Shown in pieces: positions 1 through 13,295 of a stretch of DNA of 64,000 bases. This DNA is from Hyphochytrium catenoides (Eukaryota > Protista > Hyphochytriomycota): positions 62,001 through 126,000 of the forward strand of contig FLMG01000761.1 in the NCBI GenBank assembly GCA_900088475.1. The letters are read 5' to 3'. Under the pieces are notes generated by a model that was not told the DNA's origin, made no database searches, and was given only the letters and a program-made list of their open reading frames with translations. The position numbers and the translations under genes were made by a program. How positions within the stretch are numbered: position 1 is the stretch's first letter; the number at the start of each line of letters is the position of its first letter.

Positions 1-4
1 TCAG

Positions 5-1897
5 CATCTTCTGACAAGTCACTTCGAGCATATGGTACCACAGGGCAGGAGATGTGGACCGCTGCTGACGCCCATTCGTAAGCCTAACTCCTTACCTGTT
101 TGGACCTGAGTTTCGACTCTAACGGCTCCGTTGTTTTACCATCCATTGGTTTGGCGACTGTGTAACCTCGGGTCCAGTTGCGCAGTGAACTGCATGTACT
201 CCGTGGATCAAAATATTCTTGCAAGCGGAGATGATGAAGGAAATCTTAAGGTATATATAAACACAGCGACCAACACCATTGCTCCTGACGCATGTTCCCG
301 CCACCGAGAGTATACCGGGCCTCTTTCTACCCCATCTATGGCTAATCGGCAATCTATCGTCGCGGCATCTCGCCGCATCTCTTCACTAGCGGCTTTCGTT
401 CCTGGAACCCTTATCCACCATTCATCTCTAATACTTTCTCCTCTACTGACACTCCGGTAGATCTGGGATTTAAGGGCTCAGCGGGTCGTGAAGTCCTACA
501 AAGAAAGCGAGGTGCGCCTTGACAGACAAACACTGCATTTTGTAGGCAGTCCTTGGCTACGTTCAGCTGTGTCTATCTCCTGATCTGTGAACAAGCTGTG
601 CAGGATTGCTTAAATATACTTTCTACTTCCAATGTTGCCACATTCGCAACTTCTAACACCTTGTGTACCCACTTAGGACTTTATCTCTTCAATCACCAGT
701 AATCCAGCTAACACACATCTGGTCGCCGGGAGGTTGGTCATCTCTTGGTCTCGCAAGCTCTTGTCACATACCATTTTTCCTATGGAAATCTTTATTTCTA
801 CTCGATGAGTTGCCGTTCCTCAGCTCCGCCCTCGCTTTCTGCTTGCTCGTTGCTGCTTTACTGTCCATCTCTAACGGCAAGTTTCTCCCTTTTCCGTCCC
901 TTCGCCTCTGATCCATCTACCCGCTTGTTCTTGACCTTTACCTCTCTGCGCGGGTTATGTCCTCCGCCGCTTATGGGCCGCAGTGGAGATGGACGCTTGA
1001 CAGTCTTTGATATGGCTACCGGCACATTATGGGGCAAGAGTGATGATATGGAGGATGAGCTTCTGTCCGTCGTCGTGATCAAGGTAGCTGGTTATGAAAA
1101 ATCTCCGGTGTCAAGCCTATCTACATCTGGACGAGTTGATTTTGGACCTCTCCGTTCACTGTTATTTCTAGTATTTAGAGCGTTCTAGTACTCTTTACTT
1201 ATGTGCCATATAGATGATCCTCATTAGTCCTGCTTTCTCTGCACGTGCTAGAATGGTAAGAAGGTTGTTTGCGGAAGTCAAGACGGGGTGCTGATGATTT
1301 GGAGCTGGGGAACGTGGGGAGACATCTCCGACCGGTACCCTGGTGAGTGAAAGGGCGCAATAAGCTACTCCCCTTTTATCTGGAAGAGGCATATCCTCGC
1401 AAGCCATTCTGTGTTTATAGGCATGTGCTCGCTTGTTTGATACCGTTTTTACTTCGTCCTTCCTTCCTCTCAGTCTATGGTAGTTGCGACATTACTTAAC
1501 TACCCGATGTAGGCCATCCGGAGTCAATCGACACGGTCTTGGCCATTGATGAAGACACCATCTGCACCGGGTCAAGTGATGGCATTATTAGGTAGGAAGT
1601 GGCAGCAAACGCTGCGAGATTGGATTATACTTTGAATGGGCCCTGAGATATCTGAGAGTTAATTCCTCAAGAGACAGTTAGAGTGAGGGTGTACTCATGA
1701 GTCTTATCTCCATGACCACCCTAGGATTGTGAACATCCACCCGAATAAGCTGGTAGGACTGGTAGGAGATCATGAGAACTTCCCTGTAGAGCGAATGAAG
1801 GTAAGTATGGCACTACAGGGATAGCTCCTTGGTGATTGCAGTCATGCTAAAACGATACAGCTCAGCTTGTCACTCCTTCTAATAATTACATCATCTT

Positions 1898-1934
<37 letters not shown>

Positions 1935-2370
1935 GTGTCTCTCTCTGTCTGTCTCTCTCTCTTTTTTCTTTCCTTCTAGTGGTCCAGAGATAAGAGCCTC
2001 ATTGGCTCCGTGTCGCACAATAGTACCATCTCATTCTGGGATGTCGAATATCTCAAGGAGGGAGACCTGGCCAACGCCGAAGGTGTTGGTAAGTTGGTCT
2101 TACGAGCTGTCTGAGCTTACCCCACACAAGTCTTCAGTTCTTTGGAGAATCATGCCAGTCATTCTCTCTTTCATCCATTAACAGCCTGATTTTTGTCCCT
2201 TGTCCGTTGCTGGCTTTCAACTTGCGACAGAAATGGATGAGAATGAGGGCACTTCCGACGATGATAGTGATGACAGCATGAGCGAAGAGGAGGAGGACAA
2301 GGCTACAGCCCCCAAAGCTATTCGAGGCAGCAAGAAGTCGGCCGCTGAGCAGTTCTTTGCTGACCTGTAG
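5..2370 (+). CDS. WDR55: WD40-repeat protein WDR55/JIP5 (ribosome biogenesis), 5'-truncated, about 10 exons in window
   Basis: GT-AG exons join to give SSDKSLRAY, ILASGDDEGNLK|IWDLRAQ, SGDGRLTVFDM..SDDMEDELLSVVVIK|NGKKVVCGSQDGVL..WGDISDRYP|GHPESID..ICTGSSDGIIR, HPNKLVGLVGDHENFPVE. An acidic tail ends in the family-typical EQFFADL* (TAG ends at 2370). Confidence 0.9.
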
Positions 2371-2568
2371 AGTTTATTATCTTCTCTTATCAGTTGGCCG
2401 CCTGGAGAGTATCTTTATCACAACCTCTTCCCTCCTACTTCTACTTCTCGTTGGACATCTCGCGCGGGTCCCATATTTATTGCCTGGGTTATAGCTAAAG
2501 ATAACTATCTCACTTATTTTAGGTCCCACCAGCTCCCAATGTCCTTTCCACTATTTCTGCCGTTAGCC

Positions 2569-5500
2569 TTAGAACTGCACCTTGATAGGCCTAAACATCT
2601 GTCTCTCTGAGTTAGCGGCATTGACAGCCTCTTCAGATGCAACAACAGCTATATTCTGTCTCTTTTTCAGAGAGAAGAGAGCCATCGCTACTTCTCCAAA
2701 GTGCCTTCTATCTGTTTTTAGAATCTGCGTCCTCCTTGCCTGTCTTTCTTCCGGGGATTCTCCTACTAGATACTGGCAAAGCGAGGCGAAGCCCTACATT
2801 GTTGTGAAGAAAGGGGTGAGATTGACTGTGACCTCGGCTTGATCGTACGTGACCCACAAGACATCCAGTCCTCTACATCGGTCTTCACCCATGTTTGGCA
2901 TTCACGTGGCCATTTATAGCTTGTATTGCCATGGCTAGCTGATGGCGGTTCTCCCGCTAAGGGAGTCGCGTGTACCTATATCGACACCGTACCCCCAAAA
3001 CCGCCACCTTGCCCCATGGCCCATTAAGAATACTATGTGCGACAGCAGTGCCATTACCTGTGCATCAGGCAGAAGCGGGTGATCTACGCCAGCGATAGTC
3101 CCTATCACAGCATCTGAGATATCTTTCTCCGTCAGCTCGCCGGCCTTGCTCTTCAGAAATGCAGCGGCTCCACCATAAACCTCTAACGTGTCTAACAGAT
3201 TCGGGTCTAGCGAGGCGAGGAAATAACAGCCCATAACGCATGGGGCAGAAGACAACTTAGGTTGTGGAAAGTCAATCGTCGAGACTAATTGGCTGCAAAA
3301 AGTAACGGCCATTCAATAGACCCGAAGCTTGACACGAAGTTATTGCGAACGGGATTGTCACAAGGCAGAGGGTGTCAAGACACAAACTAAACTAATAAAG
3401 AGAAGGGACCTTAGAGTGACGGACAGACTTTACTAGGTGTATACCTCGGTAGCTTAGGAATGCGAATTGCCCCGAACGCCTCGAGAATCTGGCAAAGCCT
3501 CCGTAGGCCCCGCCGTGCACTCTCACCCGATCCCAAAGGTAGGAAGTGCCTAAAAACTTGCTCACTACATGGATAGATCCGTCGTACTTGTAGCCCGTAG
3601 TAAACAGATTTCCCCCGGCACCAACATACTTTTGGTACCAACGTGGAATGAGGCATGGCGCATGGAGGGAGGGAAGTAAGTCAATAAGAACCGAGACAAA
3701 AATAACACATTGCCAAGTCTCGACCTGGGAGTGGGCCGTTATTCAGTCTCAGCAAAAGAGAAGCAGCAGGCAGTAGACCGTCCATTATGCTCAAGACAAG
3801 ACCGCAATGATAATGAGCAAGAGCGTCATCGCAAATAAGTATAAGGGAGAAAAGGAGAGAATAGCTACGAGGCTAAACTTCTTATCTCTAATGCCCTTAC
3901 ATTAACTTGCGTTGGGATAACGAAGGCCTCAGAGAGAGGCTTGGCCGTTGCCTGCCACTTCCAAACATGCTCAGTGCCTAATCAGAGTAGGCAGGGGGTG
4001 AGAAGGGGAGGGCACCCCAGTCAAGCACCAAGAAAAAGGTTACAGGGTTTGTTCTTGTTCTAAGGATTAGGTTGAGCGTTTGTCCCCAGTACCGCTCCTG
4101 TCTAAGATGTGCGGTATACCTCTATCCTCCCCTTCTGGCAAGCTTTCCAAAAGCTCGTGCAGCGGTTTGGAAGAACTATGCAAGGTGCTCTCATCGCCGG
4201 TCAGGTTGACGACAAGCCCTTGTCGCTGAAGGACTGAACTGCGCATGTCTTCGAGCCTGGACTCAAGGTGTAATAGGAAAGAAAGTCAATAGCTCGTTGG
4301 TGTCAGAGGAGAGAGAGTTCCGAACGAGCTTACTAAGGGGCAAGAAGCGGGTGTAGAGGTTATATGCTAGAAGAAGAAGATACATTACCTGTTAAGCACA
4401 CTTGACCAATCAGTCTCTATGTCTTTGAGCAGCGTCTGCAAGTAGTTGTACTGCTCTATTCCACCAAGTACCTCGTCCAGCCATCCAGACACATTGTCCT
4501 GTCCCACTGCGTTAGTTTCACTCTTCCTAGTGCTTACTCCGGCCTATCACGCCTCTAAATTCTGAGCTCAACATCCTTGCATTACTTCTTACTCTCCGCC
4601 CACTCCCCGAAGTGTCTGGGCTACCCGTGGTCTTACCTGCCATCCCAACCTGCTTTGCGCAATAACATGGCCAGAGGCTGAAATTTTGCTCTGCAGGCCA
4701 GAAATCTGCGAACGAACTATTTCTTTGCATCTCTCTCGGTCGTCAAAGCTAATTTCGGTCAGCAAATCGACGAGAATCCTGCCCATGTCGCCTATAACAG
4801 GAAGGCAGAAGATCGAGGACGATTGCAAAAGTCTAAGACATGACCGCCATGGGCAAGCAACGGAACGCTGTATCTTGAGACTCGCAACAAGGGCAGTCCT
4901 GACGGGGTGTGCTCTTATGAGAGGACTAGAATAAAATACTGAATGACTCGGGGTAGCAAAACCGCTTGGAAAGCAGAAGGAACACGGCCACACCAGGGCC
5001 CCTTGTCAATGAAAGAGATAGGCGACGCAAGTGAAGAAGAATTGAATGCGACGAAGAGACAAAAGCTATACCGATTTTCTCCTTTGTTGCCTTGGCTCTA
5101 ACCATCAGCAGCGCCCTAAGATCGTCTCCAGCAAGAGGGTCAACGGCCGTCACATAGCGAGAGGTCGAGATACCGCCTGTGGCTGTCCCTATCCTATTGC
5201 CATTCACCACAATGGTGAGAGCTCTCCTTTGCGATGAAGGCAAAGACAAGACCACCACCAGTCTCATAGAATGAAGAAAGCCAAAGAACTACGACATTTT
5301 TTGCCCGAATAAATAGGTTAAGTGCGAGCAGGGCTCATTTCAACAAAAGCTGAGAGAGCACACATAGCTGCAGGTGAAGATCAGATGCTTCTAACCTCTC
5401 CTTGAACTCTACGAAATTTTCCTTTCTGGTGCCCATACCAGTGAGACAGCGACAGAAGACAGGAAGGAGAGGGACAAGTTCCTGTGCCAGACAAAGTTCA

Positions 5501-8500
5501 GTATGCCAGGCTACTGCCCTTCATTTGCTACCATCAACGGACACAAGAAGAAGAGGAAAAAAGGGTGCACTTGAGAGAAATCTTCCTTGCCGAGACATAA
5601 ATCCTTGATCCTCTACCAGTCACTGTGGTAAGGGCTGGACGGACTTGCAGTCGGTCCAGTACATGAAGGAAAGGCTGAGGGTGCGTTTGTAGAAAGGCTC
5701 ACCTGCCTCAGCCCTCTTAGGTCGAAGGCAAGGTCAACGTAGATAACAGACGATGTTGGCAGGTCATGTGACAGTAGGACCACTTTCCCTCCCGCAATGT
5801 TTGCTATCTCTACGGGAATCTCTGGCTGCTTGTCCTCAATATCTTTGAGGGTGAGCTTCGGAATCTTTGCCAGCTCTTCTGGCGGATCACTGCGCAGCTG
5901 CTTCTCCTTCAGACTCTGCCAATACATAACCATGGACACAACTTAGAGAGTTGATGAGCTGGCTCCAAAGCCCAACCTGTCGACAGTCGAAGCGATCTCA
6001 AGGAAAAGCTACTAAGAGTAGAAGCCATGTAGTGGATGCAACATAAGAGGGAGCTCGTGCACGTGAAGAGAAGCGACTCCGACCTTTGTCTTCTCGATAA
6101 TGTTCTCGAGATCGTCTTCCGAGCACCTTTGCCGGAAATTTTCAACCTCTCGGCCTTCCTCCTCCTCCTGCTTCGTATCGAAGCTTTTGTCTGGTATCAT
6201 ATGAAGAGATACGCGGTGGGAGTTCTCCAGAAGATGTTCGCGAATGAGATCTTGAAATACTGGCTCTCCTTTCTTTAGCTTGTCCTACGCGATGGGGGTC
6301 AGCTGCTTCCCTCTCTTGGACCATCAGCTTATGCAACTCCTCGGTACTCTGTACAAAACCCTGCGTCATGCCTGCATCCTTAACTCAATCTTAAAGTTTC
6401 CTTAGTTCTGTCCAACTTTCAACCAGGCCCTCTCCTTCGGTTCGGTAGCCTCTTTGCACCGGAGTGTTTCCACAGCCAAGCCCTGTCATACGATACCTTG
6501 AGGGCCTGAAGCTCCTTTTCGTACTTGATGCTCTCTATTGGATTCCCATGGTAAACCCAGCGGTCCAGGGCGCTCAGCATCGTAAGGAGGCCGCGTGGGT
6601 ACGACCCGCTATTCTTTTCTCTTAAGGAAAACTCCACGGTGTTCATGGCACTTTCAATTGTGGAAGGCGAGAACCTGCGCGAACAGATACGTAAGAAGAA
6701 AGAAAGAGTCAAAGAGACAATGAGGCAGCAGCTAGCAAGAGATGATGCAGAGGACAGTGCTTAGGTTTCATAAATGACGGATTGTTTGACAGGACTCCTC
6801 CCAGCTTTTTGATGCTTTTGTGGTCATCGCCTCTTCGTGACATGGGTTCTGTATCTTACCCTTCCTCAGAGAGTCTCTTCAGCTCGCTCAGCACCAGTGC
6901 TTCCACTTTGTCGACATCTTCCTCAGCAACCTACGCTTACCGTTAGCATCACGAAAGTCCTATGTCGCTCTCGCTGTCGCAAGCTCGTTTCCGTCCCTAT
7001 TCTATCCACTGCATTTCCTCCTTAGGGTTAATCTTTGCTCTTGTTTTACTTCCTATGTCCGTTACCTTCTTGAGACCCACAGCAAAGGTGAACTGGCGCA
7101 GCGTGGTGGAAAGTCCTCCTCCTGTAAGAGAGAAGCCCAGGCCACTGCTGAGAAGGGCCTTTCTCAGGGGCGACGCCTGGAAGAGCCACAGAAGAGGGAT
7201 CGAAAGTTAGCCGGCTCTGAAACCGAGACTGTCATAGAAGAAAGACGCAGTACGACTTATAAGCGGCATCCTTAAAGAGTTGTGTAGTGGCCCATTGCCC
7301 GCTCGAACAAGACTCAGCGGAGCTGATACTAGCCGTTCATCCAGCTTATGAAGAGCCAGTTAAGGGACTGAGTAAAAGTAGAAAAGCACCTCTGTTCCTA
7401 ACAGCAGTTCGGAGAGAAGAACCAGCTCCAAAGTCCTCTCGGCTGAAGGATCCTCATGATTGAGGACCCACCCAACGGTCATCATGTGCTGCTTATCCTC
7501 CGCGGAAGAAGAAAAAGGAAATCTCACTCTTTTTGGGGAGGAGAATGGTGCTTGGAGGGTAGGGAGAGGCTGCGGACTCTTGCGCTGAAACTCTGTGAGG
7601 TACTCTGCCATGAGCCTAAGTCGTTGTTCCTCAGGATCATCTCCATAGAAATAGATCATAGCGTTGCTGCGGAGAAAATAAAAGAGATATGAGATTGGCA
7701 GGCTAAAGAATGAGATGGAGCATTAAGGAGGGCAGAGCAGATCTTTAGAAGATGTCGGACGGAAGAAGTGCGTCTTGAAGGAGACCATAGTCTTCTATTT
7801 CTTTGTAAAGAACTCTATTAAAATGGATCTTCGACTCCCACTCGGTCCCTAGCTCTGAATACTAGATCGTCTCGTCTCCCTTCTCACCTTGGATGGTAAC
7901 AGTCTCCGTGGAAGGACTGAAACTTCTCACTGTCATAAAGGGAGAGTTAGAGACAGAGATCGCCAGGAAGTTGTGAAGGATGGTCACATCTCAGAAACCC
8001 AGCTTGTAAAGAGGGATCACGGAGTTCTGTGGAAAGGATAGTATGGACTAAGTGAAGGGTTACAGAGAAGACCGAAGAGCTTTAGAGCAATTAGGAGATG
8101 CTCGTGTTGTAGGTTCGGAAAGCCATGAGAGGCCAACGCTAACGATGAAGATGAGAAAGGAATAAAATCCATCATGAAGAGGAATGGAAGGAACCAAGCG
8201 AGCAATGGAGGAGGGAAACAGGAGAAGATCTTCTGCTCTGTATCCTCAGGTGGTGCCTGGTCCGACGGACGCGCCAAGAGAAGGTCAGGCAATCAGAGCG
8301 ATAAGCCTTCTTTCTGAGTTGCTTACAAAGTAAGTGTAGGAATGACTTGAGGATCTCCACCGGAATCTACTCCATAGATATTATCTGGGAATAGGCTCTG
8401 TTGCATCCTCCGATAGTTCATTGAGTCTGGGTTTGAATACACGCCCTTTACACGTGAGGAAGACATGGATGGGAAGAAAGGGGCAGAGAAAGAGAAAGAG

Positions 8501-9724
8501 CGAGAGACAAGGCTCAGACTAACGCGCTATTTCCAAAGGTACATAATAGAGAGCAAGGATAGGAAAGACCAAGAGACGGACTTGACTCTCGTACCCCTGC
8601 GCTGCTGCCTGTTGGTGCTTACCTTCATTTCGTTGAAGACAACTCCTTTTAAAGCCATTTTCCCGTCCTTACTGTCTAACTCATAGTGCCAGCCTTCCTG
8701 CATGAGCACCTGCAAAGAGGCTCAGCTTTGTCTGAAACTCTGACCTGTATAGCAAGAGAGCTCTCCGCCCTCTCATCCCCATTTCCATGGCCTGGGTGCC
8801 CTTCTATCTCCGCTGCCCTTCCTTCTTTATAGTGCTTTCCTTTCTTTCCTATGGGATATCAACCTCACAGCCTCCACCTGGTCGTAGGGCTCGGACAGCC
8901 GTCCTCTATCTCTCAAGCTCATTCCTGCTGACTGCCCCCCCACCCCCCTTTTCTCTCCCCTTTACAGAGCCTCCAGTTATGAAGCTCACACCATTGACGA
9001 GCCTTCTCTCTTTCCTTATTGAGGATTACCTCAGGTGTGAGTCTGGGGTGCAAGACGGCGTCCATGTAGACATCTATGAGATTATAGAAGTCTTTCAGGT
9101 TCTGGCTAGCGACAGGATAGCAGGTGCGATCGGGATAGGTAAAAGCATTGAGAAAGGTCTGCAAGGAGCTCTTCAGGAGCTCTACGAAGGGTTCTTTGAC
9201 CGGATACTTCTTAGAGCCGCACAGGACGGAATGTTCCTATGTCTGTATGGTTAGAGGCTGAAGGTCTGAAGAAGCAGTCACGCACGTCGGAGAGCTAGCT
9301 ATGCTGCTTCGTCTTACCAGAATGTGTGCAATGCCATCGCTAGAGTCAGGAGGAGTTCGAAAGTTGATACCAAAGACTGCAGAGGTGCTTCAATTAGTCA
9401 AGATGTCGAACGGGTCTCCAAGAGGCAGACGATCGGGTGACCACACGAAGGGCCGAGTGTACCTTTGTTCCTATCGTCAACCTTGATAGAAAGTAGCTCG
9501 GCCCCTGTACTCTGGTGCTTCCATAGGGTCGCTTGACCGTCTATCTCTTTGACATACTCCGATTTGAGGGGCTCAAAGCCGTCTACCTTTGGCAGACTAT
9601 AGTATCGTCTGCCAGCACCCGACGAAGCTGCGGTTGCTTGTCGCTGCACCCAGCTCTTGAAAGCAAGTGACTGGCCCCACCGGCACCTCCTATCAGCTCC
9701 AGAGCTCGTCCTAAGAGCTTGCAT
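2569..9724 (-). CDS. PreP: Presequence protease (M16C metallopeptidase, PreP/Cym1/PITRM1), multi-exon
   Basis: The inverted zinc motif HILEH is split across an intron (..FRTPPDSSDGIAHIL|EHSVLCGSKKYPVKEPF). Also FLNAFTYPDRTCYPVAS, KGVVFNEMK, YLWDRVRVHGGAYGG and SYRDPN. The last exon ends KVQF*. The N-terminus is Arg/Ser-rich and presequence-like; the exact start is uncertain. Confidence 0.95.
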
Positions 9725-10297
9725 CCTTCTTAAAGCTTTACCTCGGCTGTCAAACTGGAAGTCTGGGAGCTTCCGAAGTCAGAAGCGCCCGCAGATCAAT
9801 CCGATCAGAATTTTTCTGCTCCTTTCTCCCCACCAAGCTCTTCCCTTGAAGAGAAGAGAACAGCAACAGAGATTTCCCATAGATGTAACCTCACGCCACC
9901 CACGGCGGAGTATTTCCAAGCAGGAATGGCCGTTAGCGTCCCCATTTGCCTCTGTAGTTTGAGATAATAACGCCACAAATGGCAGAATCACATAGAGCCT
10001 CTGACAATATGTGGAGGGATTAGTAATACTACACAGATATTGGGCTTCTGATGCCGGGCGGAATACGTTTGAGTCACCAAAACTCTTCATAACACACTTG
10101 ACCGCTGGAGCTGCAGCTGTTCGCCGCGGACGCGCCGTCTGCGTCTTCACTCAGAGATTTCGCTGGCAATCTTCAAGCTGTTCACTCGCCGTTCGTTCGA
10201 CCGATAGCAAAGAGGGCCTGGAACCTTCATTGTAGCTGACAGAAGACGACTGGAAGGGTTCTTTTCTGCCTGCGTTTGACGAGGAAGCTGGGCAGCA

Positions 10298-12840
10298 ATG
10301 AGCTCAGGAACCACGGTCAAGTTGGGGTTTAAAGGGGAGTTGAGGAGAGTTCATGTGGAGAACCTTGAGACGTTTAGCCTTCACGAGCTGCGGAAATGCG
10401 TAGCCTCGATGTTCCCTCGAGTCTCCCAGCCCATCACCATCCACTACCAAGATGATGAAGGTAAGATCCAGCATAAAAGTGAAAGGACAACTGTGCAGAA
10501 GGCAGAAAGATGAACGTTACGAGAGGAAGGGGTAAGGACAAAGAAACAAGTAGATAGGCGGACATGGGTCAACTGAAGAGGGAGAGGATGTAAGAAAACA
10601 CGGGATTTAAGAAAGCACTGTCTTGGGTCCGTGCGAGGCCTTCTCTTAATCTTCTCCTCATCACACTCTGACTGAAGGTGATGAGATCACCGTCAAAAGT
10701 GATTTCGAGGTCACTGAAGCCATTGACGTGATGCGGCGCTTGAATCGTACCGTCCGCTTTGAAGTCAGTGGAGGTAAGAGACGATGTACAGCTCCTGTTC
10801 TACTTCTTACCCTTAGGAACATGCCGGTTGATCTCCTAGGGGAAGGTACTGCGCCTGGTCGTGACAGGGCTCCTTCAGTGCATTATGAGACCAGCCTTGC
10901 CTCTCTCCTCGGCAAACTGAACGAGGCGCTGGATAGGTGGCAACCGTCCTCCGGGGCAGAGGATGAGGAAAAGTCTACCCTTCAGAGATTGCTAGCTAAC
11001 CATTCGGTGCAGGTAGCCTTTCAGCAGCTACTCTCAGAACCCAAGGTAAGGACAGCGGGAAAGGCTGGTGGGGAGGGAAAGAGAGACATATGAGACTCAA
11101 CGTTGGGGAGAGATAGACAGATGAAAGAGAGGTGCATCACCGAAAGACGACAAGAAAGGACCAAGAAGTAGGGGTTAATCTAAAGAAGTCATACATCCGA
11201 GATCGTTGATATCTCTGCTTGCTCTACGTAGTGGTGGGGATTGTTCCAGCAGATCAATGACTCTCTGGCCCTGGTAAGAGACTCAACTCTAGCCTCCATG
11301 CTCTCTGTTTCTTGAGGCTTAAAGCACAACGATTTGGCTTTTACACCTTATTCCTGTTCAAGGTGACTTTGTCGCTGAATGTGAAAGCCACGTTTGGACT
11401 TTAACCCGTTTTATTCCCGCCTTTGCGCGTAGCATGGCGCCATTCCAAGAGTGAAGGAGCTTCTCTCTTCGCCTGTCAACTCCTCTCTCTCTTGGCAGTT
11501 GCTGGGCCGCTTTCTCTCCCGTTGCCCGGAGGTTCTGCAGCTCGTCCCGAGCATAAGGTCCCAGCTTCCAACCCTTGCTGAGAGGATTCAAGAAGCGATA
11601 CATGAGATGGAGACCGATGTGAAGAACCTGGAATCTATCTCCGCGTCTCTTCCTTCACCGCTATCGTCCACATCTCCTCAGCAGAATGACTCTAAGGAAT
11701 CCACAAGAGAAACTCTATCGCCAATGGAGGAAGAGCCCATTGCGATACCTGTTGAGCCTATCTCTGCGCCTCTGCCTTCCGCTACAGAGAATCTGCAACA
11801 GCCTCTTCTTCCTCCGCAGGAAAGTGTGGAACAGGAAGAGCCAGCTCTCCCGGGAGCAGAGATGTTGGAGGATGTTTCCATCCCGGATGGCACTGTGCTG
11901 CCTCCTAACTTCAAGTTCAGGAAGATATGGAAGATTTCTAATGCCTCAGCAGTGGTAGGAAAAGATACTGAAGGGCTCGGATTTATCTGGAACTGTCTCA
12001 GTTTTCATTCCCTTCCTTCTATGAATGGCTTTCTTTTCCATACTTTCAATATCCTCCCTAACTCTTCGGTTGTCGGCTGTAGGCTTGGCCTGAGGGCTGC
12101 AGCCTTGTGTGCAGTGGAGGAGCGGACATGGATCAGCCTAAGGAGAGGATTTGCCTGGAATCTCTAGCTGCTAACAGCACTGGGGAGATTGGAGTGAACC
12201 TTTGCACACCTTCGGCTACCGGTAAGAGGAAGATGCATGACAAAGTTTGTCGATCTTCTTTCATCTATTGGATGGTCTTCGTCTTAGCACCGTTGCTGCC
12301 TTTCTTCTTGTTCGTTAAGGTCGCTACTCGTCATTCTGGACGCTGGAGTTGCCGAATGGACAGACATTTGGGGATAAGCTTTGGGTCGATATCGTGGTGG
12401 ACGAGGCTCTTGGGGAGGTCAGGAAGCAGTCTGCAGGCGCTCCAGTTGAAGAAGTGACTGCAGCAGCAGCTCCGGCCACAGGTAAAGACACGTACTGTTT
12501 GGCTGTTGACCCTCCCCATCTTTCACAGTGCTGGCCACCAGGACGACTACTCTTCTTGGTAGCCCCATGTTAGACCATGTTCTTAACCCATATACCGTTC
12601 CGTCTCTTGATCCTTCTTTCAGCCCGATTGACTTGTGACTCTTCTGGTGTCTCCCTACATAATGCAGAGGAAGCGATTCCAGCTCCTGTTCCAGCTTCGG
12701 CTCCAGCGGCGGTTGATCAGTGGCTCCCACACCTACTGGAACTGGAAAACATGGGCTTCAGTCAAAGAGAGAGGAACATTCAGCTCCTAGAACAGCACAA
12801 CGGGAATCTTGAGAGTGTTATTGATGCCCTACTTTCCTAG
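10298..12840 (+). CDS. NBR1: NBR1/p62-like selective autophagy receptor (PB1 - FW/NBR1 - UBA)
   Basis: PB1 domain with basic VK..RR and OPCA motif YQDDEG|DEIT. FW domain DVSIPDGTVLPPNFKFRKIWKISN..AWPEG..GRYSSFWTL..FGDKLWVDIVV. C-terminal UBA LLELENMGF..NIQLLEQHNGNLESVIDALL. No ZZ finger seen. Confidence 0.85.
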
Positions 12841-13295
12841 ATCATCCCGTAGTCTCATCGTCCCTTCTCTCAGTTCGTCTCGTTCTCGCTTGTACTGGTT
12901 CAAACTTGCATTATGGAAGCAGGCTAACGCTAATGTTGAGAAGTGACTAAAGTGGAGATTGGTAGCACATTAAGGGATGACGCATCTTATGGGATGCGAC
13001 TCTTATGGACTGTGCTCTTGTCATAGTATTATCAATTAGCTAGGTTTTTGATATAATAATAACTTTTCATTTGTCCATGATCATCGTCTTCGCCCCGTCC
13101 TACTGCCCAATGTCGGCAGCTAGTGAAGCTAGGAGAAACAAGACACCAAGAGATCATTGACCAATTCGCAAAGAGCAAGCTTGGTCCCGAGGGTCTGTAG
13201 GACAAGCTTCGCGCTGTACATAAGCTTAGTCAGAGCCACTGGATAGTGCTGAGTGCTGTTGATCACTCCTGACTGCTTGATTATGCTAGAATCTC

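Noticed and set aside
118-127. Perfect MSA-like TCTAACGGCT (similar at about 29063, 52608 and 55572)
   Set aside because: These are intronic, mostly explained by branch-point-like CTAAC or chance, and have no adjacent CHR.
1-3000. Apparent excess of CTAG/TAG suggesting methylation-driven or RIP-like mutation
   Set aside because: A rough hand count gave about 8 CTAG in the first 3 kb, not above the roughly 12 expected at random. A proper k-mer analysis is needed before any claim.
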